From the NCBI GenBank assembly GCA_017676125.1, contig GCA_017676125.1_4893.1: DNA of 52,493 bases; one strand, given 5' to 3'. This DNA comes from a phage. A program made the position numbers and the translations under genes. The notes beneath the pieces are model-generated. The model was given only the letters and a program-made list of their open reading frames with translations. It made no database searches and was not told the DNA's origin. Below, piece by piece: positions 42,301 to 50,822 of the stretch (the first letter of the stretch is position 1; the number at the start of each line of letters is the position of its first letter).

Positions 42301-44809
42301 TATTCTCGGTCTGAAATACTTTAAGCCAGAAGGGATTCCCCAAGTCTTCAAAGATATGAAGCGCTGGGCTATTTTTGAGCTGACGTACGAAGACGAGACC
42401 CTCGAAGTTCAATCCAAACCTAAGAAACCTGCAAGAGCGCCATCAGGCCGTTCCTTCAGCACAACAGTGCCTGAAGAGTGGATGACTTTCGACGACGCCC
42501 TGACACGTTGTATTCGCAATCGTGAAATGAAGATTAAAGCTGTACAGGGTAATATCACCTTTGTGCCGGCTTTGATTGTTCCTCGCCAGTGGTACTTTGT
42601 TGACCTGGACAACCATGATGATAATCCAGACATTGAAGCAACCCACAAAGCGATAATTGAGGGGACCCGTGGTGCGTATGCTGAGACATCAATCTCTGGC
42701 AAAGGGCAACACATTGCAATCCCTTTACCATGGACTGCAGCAACATCCAAAGAGAAAGACGAACAGCTGGACATCAAAATCCAGAAGGCTGAGATGTTCC
42801 TGGTAATGACAGGCAATGTATTGAGCGAGTTCAATGCTAATCCTGTTTCAGCCCGCGAATGGCATGCAGCAATTGAGAAGTTCTTTCTTGAAGCAAGCGC
42901 ACCTGATATTGATGTTGAGTTTGAGCAAGACGAAGACCGTGGCGAAGAGTATGACAAAGAGCTGTACGAACAGTTAGCCGACAATACTCGCTGGGCTTTA
43001 GAGCACTATCTGAATGAGCATGCACCAGACGGTGTTGGTGTGAGTAATGACGGTTCAGAACGGTTAAGCCGCATACTCAAAGATCTGCTTCGTGTAACCC
43101 GCAACTACGAAGTTACACAACGCATCTTCATGGCCAGCAAAGCTGCAGCATACGAAGGTCGCAGACCAAGCCGACATAACTTGTCTGTTGATAAGTACCA
43201 TCAATGGTTCAGTCGTGTTGGTAAGACTGTGCTGAAAGAAATGCAACGTGACGGCTTATTCGTTAAGACCAAGTTTGCTCTTGACATCAACAAAGAGTTA
43301 GCCAAGAATTCAGGTGTCTCCCTGGCTGAGAATGTTGAGTTCAAGGTCAACGACGATATTCTGCCTTCTGATGTATTCGTCAGAACGGCCCCGTCCGGGT
43401 TTAAACGGCTTATTGCTGAGATACAGGATAACATATCTCCTGCTAACAGGGTTAACGACTATGCCATCGGCACAGCTCTTAACATCCTGAGCAACTGCGC
43501 TGGTCGCAAGTATGTTTGTCCAGTAGGCGGTCATGCTAACTTCCTGGTAACCAACATCATTCTTGTGGGTGGTTCATCAATCGGTAAATCGCTGTATACC
43601 GAGTTGTTCCCACAAATCCAGGCAAGTGTGCCAGACACATCGCCTATCAGCCTTAACCGTATCCCAAGGGAACAGACTTTTGCAACCAGGACGTTTGCTG
43701 AACTGATGTCCAACCCGTCATACCATTCAGTCCAGTTGTTCTACCCTGAATTTGGTCTGGCTTTAGGTTCTGGCTTACGCATGAATCCTAACAACCCGGA
43801 CAACTTTCAGAAAGCTCTGATGGACGCTTCAACCAAGCGTAAGGTTGGTGGTATTCTGACAGGTATCAAACGTGCTAATGCTGACAATGATGTCAAGACA
43901 GTAAGCGAACCGTGCTACTCTATCCTGGGTGACTCAACTCAAGAGCTTATCCTTGACAACACCCGGAAGCAAGACTTCTCAAGTGGCTTTTTGCCCCGCT
44001 TCCTGTTCATCCCGAACTATGAACGAGCGGAGTTTGCCAAACCTGAGAAGGTAGGACGTCGCCAGCAGATTCGCCGTACTCAATTCTCCAAAGAGCTGAT
44101 TGAGAAGCTGGAGGCAATCGCTTATGTGAATGCTATCCCGCCTAACGGTAAACTAAGGCACGACCCGATTCCTATTTACGACGAATCGGACGACGACGAC
44201 TTCCTGTACGAGTACCAGTGCAATATTAATGACATGCGCCAGTATTACAGGGATAACGAAGTAGCATCTGCCTTTGTGGGCCGAATGGGCGAGTATGTAT
44301 TCAACATAGCAGCACTGATTGGATTACTCGACAACTGGGATGCTCCTGTAATGACCAGGGACAACATCGAATGGGCTTACAAATACGTTCTTCGTTGTAT
44401 AACCGCCTGGGTCAATAACACAAGCAGGATAGTCGCACCACCAACTACCAACGCCGAAGTAGTGGACGGCTTCCTCAAAGTCTACAGGGACATTTTGGCC
44501 CTTTACACCAAAAGAGGATGGTCTGGCATTGTCAAGCATTATCCCGAAGGTGTTGTAAGAAGTATCCGGGAGGAGCACCTCCAGATGAATGGTTTAAGCA
44601 TATATGCTATTCGTCAGTCTTTGAGCTGGTTTAAATCAAATTATGGTTTTAATATCACAGCTAATAACAAAGTCATTGACGGTATGCTCCAGGATATGAT
44701 TGACCAGGACTATTTAGCAGTACAAGTATATAAGCCCACAAGAGGCCGATCTGCTAACATTTACTGCCTGACAGAGCGAGGATATGACACTGCTAAGAAG
44801 TTAAAATAA
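42275..44809 (+). CDS. primase-polymerase (AEP/PrimPol) fused to P-loop (SF3/D5-like) helicase
   Basis: 844 aa; N-terminal FVDLDNHDD (DxD) and SISGKGQH (sGxGxH) PrimPol motifs; central Walker A VGGSSIGKS; DDDD Walker B-like run. Confidence 0.65.
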   Translation: MTMTSQPSDILGLKYFKPEGIPQVFKDMKRWAIFELTYEDETLEVQSKPKKPARAPSGRSFSTTVPEEWMTFDDALTRCIRNREMKIKAVQGNITFVPALIVPRQWYFVDLDNHDDNPDIEATHKAIIEGTRGAYAETSISGKGQHIAIPLPWTAATSKEKDEQLDIKIQKAEMFLVMTGNVLSEFNANPVSAREWHAAIEKFFLEASAPDIDVEFEQDEDRGEEYDKELYEQLADNTRWALEHYLNEHAPDGVGVSNDGSERLSRILKDLLRVTRNYEVTQRIFMASKAAAYEGRRPSRHNLSVDKYHQWFSRVGKTVLKEMQRDGLFVKTKFALDINKELAKNSGVSLAENVEFKVNDDILPSDVFVRTAPSGFKRLIAEIQDNISPANRVNDYAIGTALNILSNCAGRKYVCPVGGHANFLVTNIILVGGSSIGKSLYTELFPQIQASVPDTSPISLNRIPREQTFATRTFAELMSNPSYHSVQLFYPEFGLALGSGLRMNPNNPDNFQKALMDASTKRKVGGILTGIKRANADNDVKTVSEPCYSILGDSTQELILDNTRKQDFSSGFLPRFLFIPNYERAEFAKPEKVGRRQQIRRTQFSKELIEKLEAIAYVNAIPPNGKLRHDPIPIYDESDDDDFLYEYQCNINDMRQYYRDNEVASAFVGRMGEYVFNIAALIGLLDNWDAPVMTRDNIEWAYKYVLRCITAWVNNTSRIVAPPTTNAEVVDGFLKVYRDILALYTKRGWSGIVKHYPEGVVRSIREEHLQMNGLSIYAIRQSLSWFKSNYGFNITANNKVIDGMLQDMIDQDYLAVQVYKPTRGRSANIYCLTERGYDTAKKLK

Positions 44810-44821
44810 GTAGGTAAATCA

Positions 44822-44864
44822 AGGGCTTGGGTAATTGTAAAAATCCTAAGCCCTTATTTTTTAA
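44822..44864 (+). terminator. rho-independent terminator after primase-helicase gene
   Basis: Stem AGGGCTTGGG/CCTAAGCCCT with 13-nt loop followed by TATTTTTTAA. Confidence 0.65.
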
Positions 44865-45033
44865 GCTTATTTTACAAACTGATTAATATTTAAACTATAA
44901 TTAAATATATGGACCCTAAGAGTATGATTTTATTACTCTTTTACAAATCATAATATATGGGCTCCCTATAAAAAGATTAAGGGGGTAATAAGGGGATCCA
45001 AGTACCGGATAAAAGGGGGTATATATTTATTTT

Positions 45034-45053
45034 ATTATTATTATTATTATTAT
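45034..45053. repeat. (ATT)n microsatellite in AT-rich intergenic region
   Basis: ATTATTATTATTATTATTAT run, about six to seven units. Confidence 0.8.
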
Positions 45054-45210
45054 ATATTATTAATTATATTAGAAGTAATAAAAACAGCTACTTAGAGGCG
45101 TCTATATGTATGATCCGGTTTATCTCTTTATTAATATCAGAACCGGATGAAAAAAATTTACGCTGGCGAAAAAAATAAAAAAGCCGGATTGATAAATAAA
45201 TCTGTAGACG

Positions 45211-45239
45211 TTTACACTATAAAAAAGATGTGTTACAAT
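45211..45239 (+). promoter_or_regulatory. sigma70-like promoter TTTACA-N17-TACAAT
   Basis: -35 TTTACA 45211-45216, -10 TACAAT 45234-45239, upstream of resolvase-like gene. Confidence 0.5.
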
Positions 45240-45293
45240 ATTTATCAATGTTGCTGGTTACCAAATCTTTGGATTATATACGAGGCTGAATAA

Positions 45294-45725
45294 ATGGTAA
45301 ATATTAGAGCGAAGGGGCAGAACTTTGAGCGTAAAATGGCTAAGAAGTTCAATAGCTCGTTCGGATTAACTGTTGAGCGCAATCTTCAACAGTCTATTAA
45401 TGGCGGGGATGACTTGCTTGGTGTACCGTTTTTCAGCGTTGAACTGAAGAAGCACAATACCAAGTCTATCGGAACATGGTGGAGACAGTGTGCGGCATCG
45501 GCAAAGGCTCAGAACAAGATGCCGGTACTGATATACGAACTACCAAGAAAACAGCCTACCGTGGTGATGAATAAAGCTGATGTGATTGACTGTTTTCCAA
45601 GTGGCACGACTTTTAACGAGGCATCGAATCGCCTCTTTGTGGGTCTAGTAGAATTAACATGGGAACAATTTTGCCGGGTCTACAACTATTACGTTGCGCC
45701 CGGCACTCAATATCACGTCAATTAA
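45294..45725 (+). CDS. Holliday junction resolvase-like PD-(D/E)XK endonuclease (Hjc-like, putative)
   Basis: 143 aa; N-terminal KGQNFERK...GGDDLLGV...FSVELKK pattern (G.xFER, D, ExK) resembles archaeal-type Hjc resolvases. Confidence 0.45.
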   Translation: MVNIRAKGQNFERKMAKKFNSSFGLTVERNLQQSINGGDDLLGVPFFSVELKKHNTKSIGTWWRQCAASAKAQNKMPVLIYELPRKQPTVVMNKADVIDCFPSGTTFNEASNRLFVGLVELTWEQFCRVYNYYVAPGTQYHVN

Positions 45726-45907
45726 TCTTGTTTCAGCTCGTCACAAATGACACGCTGATTTTTGGCAGGGATAATACCAAGATTTAGCAGGGTGTATGGA
45801 CTATCAGCGACGCATTGTTCAACGGTAGTCCATTCAGGTTTGGATTCAACAATTTCGTAACTACAATCATGAGTAGCCACACATGTTGCCAGGATTAAGC
45901 CAATCAC
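45722..45907 (-). CDS. hypothetical small protein, hydrophobic N-terminus
   Basis: 61 aa ORF, GTG start overlapping upstream stop (GTGA); convergent with resolvase gene. Confidence 0.4.
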   Translation of the reverse strand: MIGLILATCVATHDCSYEIVESKPEWTTVEQCVADSPYTLLNLGIIPAKNQRVICDELKQD

Positions 45908-46083
45908 AAGTAATCACCTTCAACCAGGAACTCAAACAGCTGGTTGTAAACGTTGCAACCTTTAGCGAAAGAGCTTTCAGCAGGTTTACCGTCGCGGACA
46001 ATCATCATGTACTCACCGCCATGGATGTCCACCCAGTATTGCATGCCACCTTTGACCGGGTTACGTTGTAAGAATTTAAACAT
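45904..46083 (-). CDS. hypothetical small protein (59 aa, below ORF-track cutoff)
   Basis: ATG at 46083 overlaps stop of upstream gene (TAATG); translated by eye. Confidence 0.35.
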   Translation of the reverse strand: MFKFLQRNPVKGGMQYWVDIHGGEYMMIVRDGKPAESSFAKGCNVYNQLFEFLVEGDYL

Positions 46084-46328
46084 TATTTGCTCCTTATTCC
46101 AAGTTTATTCAATAACCAAATTGTCATGTCAACCCATGTTAACGGTACAGTTTTCGGGGGTTGATAATTCCAGCAGCTTGCAGTTCTTTGTATTTCTGCT
46201 TGGCGCCGCTCCGCTTCGCGTAATACCGCATCGTCAGAAGTGCCGGCAGAAAAAAGATCGGTAACACCAGATAAATCGCGTTGATTAACACGTCGAGCAA
46301 TGTCATATAAGTCATCCTTAGAAAACAT
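46083..46328 (-). CDS. hypothetical protein
   Basis: 81 aa ORF in coupled minus-strand chain. Confidence 0.45.
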   Translation of the reverse strand: MFSKDDLYDIARRVNQRDLSGVTDLFSAGTSDDAVLREAERRQAEIQRTASCWNYQPPKTVPLTWVDMTIWLLNKLGIRSK

Positions 46329-46534
46329 AAGCCAATACCATAAGAATTATCATAAAGACCACAACCAGCTTCCTCATTGCCCGACCTTCAGCATATGCAG
46401 GATTCACAACAGAATACTCAACAACATGTTTACAGCGGACCATAAGGCCTCCACTTGTGGGTTAATTCAATCATGAGGACTTTCATCAAATCCTCATTGT
46501 TGAATCAATCACCAGCGTCAGGACTTGACTAATA

Positions 46535-46738
46535 TCACTCTATCATTACCTGAACTACTATTATACACTCTTTATTGAAGCGAGTAAACACTTTTCCACC
46601 ATTAGTGCGTTTAGCCCCAGATTTTAGAGCTGACTGGCACCAGATATGCCACTCCTCAACTGTCAAGAATTTTTGCTCAGCTTTGGGTGGCAATCCATGG
46701 GCAAGGTCTACCGTCGTAAATTTGACTAGTGGCATCAC
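46535..46738 (-). CDS. hypothetical protein
   Basis: 67 aa ORF; start overlaps upstream stop. Confidence 0.45.
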   Translation of the reverse strand: MMPLVKFTTVDLAHGLPPKAEQKFLTVEEWHIWCQSALKSGAKRTNGGKVFTRFNKECIIVVQVMIE

Positions 46739-47124
46739 TTGACCTCAAATTTTGACTCGTCGTATTCCGGATCAGTCACGTCCCGGGTCGCACAATTTTT
46801 GATTGCTTCCCAGTAACGTTGGGCATCATCGCCATCGGCATAAACCGTCCAGTAGCCGTAACCACCTTCAAATCTGTCCCAGGCTTGTTCCCAGACTTTG
46901 CCATCTTCCAGCTTGTACCAAGTTGGACGACTGTCAAACTCACGAATTGGATGGTACCCCAACAAGGGATTCATCAGGTCAATAATGTCTTCCCGACTAA
47001 TCTCCTGGTTCTCCCACAACACCGTCATGAATTGCTCAAACTTGAAGGCGTTTGGCAGAACTTTGAGTACTTTACCGTCACAATATACGGTATAGGTACC
47101 ATCTTCGCATTTTGCACTGTACAT
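46735..47124 (-). CDS. hypothetical acidic Trp/Tyr-rich protein
   Basis: 129 aa ORF preceded by conserved leader GAAATTATTCACAATCAACAGGAGAGAGAAAC. Confidence 0.5.
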   Translation of the reverse strand: MYSAKCEDGTYTVYCDGKVLKVLPNAFKFEQFMTVLWENQEISREDIIDLMNPLLGYHPIREFDSRPTWYKLEDGKVWEQAWDRFEGGYGYWTVYADGDDAQRYWEAIKNCATRDVTDPEYDESKFEVK

Positions 47125-47197
47125 GTTTCTCTCTCCTGTTGATTGTGAATAATTTCAAAAATGAACTATCACAACTTTGGACAGTTCATTGTTGAAA

Positions 47198-47371
47198 CTA
47201 TGCTAACTTTGTTGCGATCTGAATTGTCAGCCGGAAATCTTCCATCAAGTTATCAAACTCTTTGGAACCACCAACAGCATCAGATATTTGATCTTTCACA
47301 ATTTGGGCATTTGATTCCAGTAATTCAATCAGGTGCGCCAATTCGTCTTCAGTCAATTTCAGATCTTTCAT
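47198..47371 (-). CDS. hypothetical small acidic protein
   Basis: ATG at 47371 overlaps upstream stop (ATGA); 57 aa, acidic helical. Confidence 0.45.
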   Translation of the reverse strand: MKDLKLTEDELAHLIELLESNAQIVKDQISDAVGGSKEFDNLMEDFRLTIQIATKLA

Positions 47372-47625
47372 AATGCATCCACCCAAGCCATAACTTTTGC
47401 CAGTCTTACAACGTCTTCATGGTCCCGCTCGCCATCAGAAAATTCGCTGGCGATGATACCCATAATTGACGCCAGATTCATGTTGATGATGTATGCGTGT
47501 TGGCGCACTTCATCAATTCCTGAATCTATCACCAGTTCCGCAAATTCTTGTGAACCTTCATCCCACTCAGCCCAATACTGCTCAGCATAAAAGTCCAGTT
47601 CTTTTTTCATCTCAATGTCAGTCAT
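47368..47625 (-). CDS. hypothetical small acidic protein
   Basis: 85 aa, strongly net-negative (many D/E). Confidence 0.5.
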   Translation of the reverse strand: MTDIEMKKELDFYAEQYWAEWDEGSQEFAELVIDSGIDEVRQHAYIINMNLASIMGIIASEFSDGERDHEDVVRLAKVMAWVDAL

Positions 47626-47630
47626 TTTGA

Positions 47631-47789
47631 TTACTCCTCAGAACCTGAAAATTTGTCGTCAATGGCTTCAACAATATAATCAAGAGTTGAAGTGTGAGAA
47701 CTATCAGAAAAAGTGCCCATCTTCTCTAACTCAATCATCATATCACGCAAGGCCATCGCCTGGTCTTTGGTCAGTTTGATTTTAAGCAT
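47631..47789 (-). CDS. hypothetical small acidic protein
   Basis: ATG at 47789 preceded by conserved leader (second copy); 52 aa. Confidence 0.45.
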   Translation of the reverse strand: MLKIKLTKDQAMALRDMMIELEKMGTFSDSSHTSTLDYIVEAIDDKFSGSEE

Positions 47790-47853
47790 GTTTCTCTCCT
47801 GTTGATTGCGAATAACTTTCATTGATGGCACTACTTGAGCGCCATCTCAAAAA

Positions 47854-48423
47854 TTACTCTTTAGTTTCTTGTGCTTCAGTTTCAGGTTTTACTTCAGTAT
47901 CAGGTTTTTTGCCAGTTACTGATTTGCCTTCGGTCACTTTACCAGATTTTACATCATTACGGTAGTATGACATATATGACTGGATAACACGTTTTGCCTT
48001 AATATCATCCGCTTCCATTCCGCAAGCTTTCATCGCATCAGCGAGCGCCAATTTGGAATCTTCCTTATCCATCAGGTTGTAATCTTTGAACACCAGATAG
48101 CAGGTATCTTTAGTTGACGGACCAGATGACGATTTGCGAGAGCCACCAGCGGATGCTCGTGTTGTCGCAACTTTGACTTCTTCAACTTCCAGTTGGTTCA
48201 GCTCGTCAAACAAAGCCTTCACCAGCACTTCTTTGGAGTCTTTGACGCTTACAGTACTTTCATCATTAAGCGACTTAATCATCTTAATGATCTGGTTGTT
48301 GGCAAAGTACTGAAGACTATCCATCTGCACTACAATAGTGCCAAGACTTTCAGTAGTCAGACCAGATTTCACAGACTCGACAGAAAAAGCGGAAGTCAGG
48401 TAAACGTAGTTGATAGTTGTCAT
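47854..48423 (-). CDS. hypothetical protein
   Basis: ATG at 48423 with GAGGA RBS (track ORF extends to 48492); 189 aa, Lys/Glu-rich C-terminus. Confidence 0.5.
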   Translation of the reverse strand: MTTINYVYLTSAFSVESVKSGLTTESLGTIVVQMDSLQYFANNQIIKMIKSLNDESTVSVKDSKEVLVKALFDELNQLEVEEVKVATTRASAGGSRKSSSGPSTKDTCYLVFKDYNLMDKEDSKLALADAMKACGMEADDIKAKRVIQSYMSYYRNDVKSGKVTEGKSVTGKKPDTEVKPETEAQETKE

Positions 48424-48518
48424 TTGATGTATCCTCGTTGATAGAATTTTTGATATGTGCCAATCCTTGGCAAGTAAGTCCAAACATGACAACTTTTGTC
48501 AAGTTGTCATGATTGAAA

Positions 48519-48821
48519 TCACTTCGCGCTTGCGTTTTCAACGGCTTGTACAACTTTCAACAAATGCCTGAAGTCATCATGATAAATTTCATTAAAGCCA
48601 TCTGCCGCAAAGTTTTCGCCAATTAAGATCAGTCTTTCGCGGACCAAGTCAATCAATAGTTTATTGTCAGTTATTTCCGCACCTGTAACAAGTTCAACAA
48701 ATAATTGCTGTACGTTATCATAACGGATGTTGCTTTCAATACACACTTGGCGCATGTCTTCAACTATTGACATGATTGTGACTTGCATTTCTACGTCAGA
48801 AGTGATGCTATTCAGTTTCAT
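48519..48821 (-). CDS. hypothetical acidic protein, first gene of leftward early operon
   Basis: 100 aa ORF adjacent to divergent control region. Confidence 0.5.
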   Translation of the reverse strand: MKLNSITSDVEMQVTIMSIVEDMRQVCIESNIRYDNVQQLFVELVTGAEITDNKLLIDLVRERLILIGENFAADGFNEIYHDDFRHLLKVVQAVENASAK

Positions 48822-49194
48822 AATAGTTACCTTTGTACTAGTTTCCAGGTGTGACTACTGTTACCAATAGTCACTAGTTGAAACTACTACTTGTGTTACT
48901 ATCAACAAGAAACATGTTACCAAATTGTTAAAGAGCAAAAGGTACCATTGACATCTACCAGATGTACCTGTTGACTGGTTAAGTACTACCTACCTAATCT
49001 AAACCATACCAATATCCTTTAGACCAGTTAGACTGGTCAATCAGTCATCACATTCAATAAATATATAATAGACCAATCGCTATTGATTGTACATAAAAGA
49101 ATTGCAAGTTTATGCAAGTTTTTAGAAATGATAATCACTTGCGATTGAGAGTGGTTCTCATATGCAATTGATATAGTTTCACATGTAATTATTC

Positions 49195-49440
49195 AATCCA
49201 AAATGGTCGGCAGGGGTTATAATAACATAGGGGTGCCACTTAAAGGAGCCGGCGAAATTATTTCTAAAAATATAATTTCAATCTGAATTATAGACGCTTT
49301 GTACTATACCGGCCGAAGTAGTTCACACGGTAATTGTACCAATCATAATAGTTACCAGAGTAATCATTTCAATTGAAATAGGTGCGGCGGGGGGGTAATT
49401 TCGCAGGGGTGCTACCTGCCAGGAGCCAGCAAAATTTTTT
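49195..49440. repeat. two ~75-bp imperfect direct repeats in divergent control region
   Basis: 49195-49270 and 49365-49440 share TCAAT..AAA.GG.GGC.GGGG.TAAT...AGGGGTGC.AC.T...AGGAGCC.GC.AAATT.TTT skeleton. Confidence 0.6.
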
Positions 49441-49669
49441 ATTTTTTCTCTATTTTCTCCTTATCAGGACCAATCATCATCAGATTGATACAACAGGAGC
49501 TAACCTTTTGCTTAACACAATAATAAGTGAAGCCCCTCTAAAATTTTTTTATATTTTTCGGAAATTGTGTAGACACTCACTAAAAAGTGGTGTACTTTCT
49601 CTCCTCCACGCGCTATCATTAATGTGAATCATCAAACGGCCTCACGGTCTCCTACTTGTGGGTAACATT

Positions 49670-50155
49670 ATGAAAATTGTTCAATTAGAGCCATATCCGC
49701 CTCAATTGGCTATCGTTTGCAGCGAAAAAGAGCACGAAGAGCTCCAAAAACTGATGGATTTGCCTGATTTTGGCAACTGGAATGACCGAGAAACGCGTAA
49801 TGCATCTACCTTTACATTCTCTCGCGTTAACTACCCATACCTGTTAATCGTCGTCGAGCTGTACCACCCGGACGACCTGAAGTACAACACCATTTCCCAC
49901 GAAGGCATTCACGTAATGTCGTCGCTGATGAACTATGTTGGCCTTAAATACGACCCAGAAAACGATGAATGGTACGCATATCAGCATGATTTCATCGTAA
50001 ATGCCATTTGTAAGGCCCATGACGAGTACCTGGAGCGCCAAAAAGCGCCAAAAACTAAGCCAAAAATTGAAACAGGTAACCATCCTGCTATACTGCCACA
50101 AGACGTTATGAACTCGCTTTTGACTGACACTACTGGGGACTTTTTAGGTGATTAA
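49670..50155 (+). CDS. hypothetical protein with HExxH motif (possible small metallopeptidase-like)
   Basis: ATG at 49670 (track ORF starts at GTG 49658); contains HEGIH; first gene of rightward operon. Confidence 0.4.
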   Translation: MKIVQLEPYPPQLAIVCSEKEHEELQKLMDLPDFGNWNDRETRNASTFTFSRVNYPYLLIVVELYHPDDLKYNTISHEGIHVMSSLMNYVGLKYDPENDEWYAYQHDFIVNAICKAHDEYLERQKAPKTKPKIETGNHPAILPQDVMNSLLTDTTGDFLGD

Positions 50156-50822
50156 TATTATCTTTGCAATGGGCCAAAATGGGGAATTCGGGTTATCTCC
50201 GGAGTTTATGAAGCATCAGGTTGACTCGTGCAAGACCATGGAAGAGGTTCGTGCACTTCCTAAATCGGGTCTACCCTGGAAATGTCAGTCAGACATGCTC
50301 TTTTTCAGGACTATGACTAATTCAATTGCGACAGAACCAGGCTATAATGCATATCAGCAACTACGTGGACAATTCCCAAATGACCAGTTGCGAAACATGA
50401 TAGCAGATGTAACGGTAAAAATGGTCGGGCATAGTGTATTGTTAGCCGGTCGTAATACGTATATGACTATGAGTCTGCCTATGTCAGCCCACAGAATACT
50501 GCTGCCGGTATCTCGCCAGATTATGGCTTCAGAAGGCTACAATAATCTGGGTGAGATGGCAGCAGACCTTGAATCCAGGGGTACTGACGTCTGGATTGTA
50601 GGTGGAGCCGAGTTGATACTTTCGGCCCTTGAAGAACACGCAAAAGACTTACTCCGTATCGACAACATGTTTATCAGTACAATCAAGCAGTCAGGTCCAA
50701 GTGATATTTTAATGGATCGTAGCAAATTAATGATGTACATTGATAGCGACTTCACTTATAATGATGAATATGTTGATAACAAACAAGTGCTGATACAACG
50801 GTACAGGAGTTTACACAAATGA
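50148..50822 (+). CDS. folA: dihydrofolate reductase-like protein
   Basis: 224 aa; N-terminal MINIIFAMGQNGEFG, LPWK..D..FFRTMT, GRNTY, VWIVGGAEL segments align by eye with DHFR conserved blocks, with insertions. Confidence 0.6.
   Translation: MINIIFAMGQNGEFGLSPEFMKHQVDSCKTMEEVRALPKSGLPWKCQSDMLFFRTMTNSIATEPGYNAYQQLRGQFPNDQLRNMIADVTVKMVGHSVLLAGRNTYMTMSLPMSAHRILLPVSRQIMASEGYNNLGEMAADLESRGTDVWIVGGAELILSALEEHAKDLLRIDNMFISTIKQSGPSDILMDRSKLMMYIDSDFTYNDEYVDNKQVLIQRYRSLHK

Noticed and set aside
45883-46264. Plus-strand ORFs 45883-46071 and 45953-46264
   Set aside because: They conflict with a translationally coupled minus-strand ORF chain with overlapping start/stop codons, and no plus-strand promoter is evident.
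49195-49440. Direct repeats considered as a possible CRISPR array
   Set aside because: Only two imperfect copies, ~75 bp long with irregular ~95-bp spacing; no cas genes nearby.
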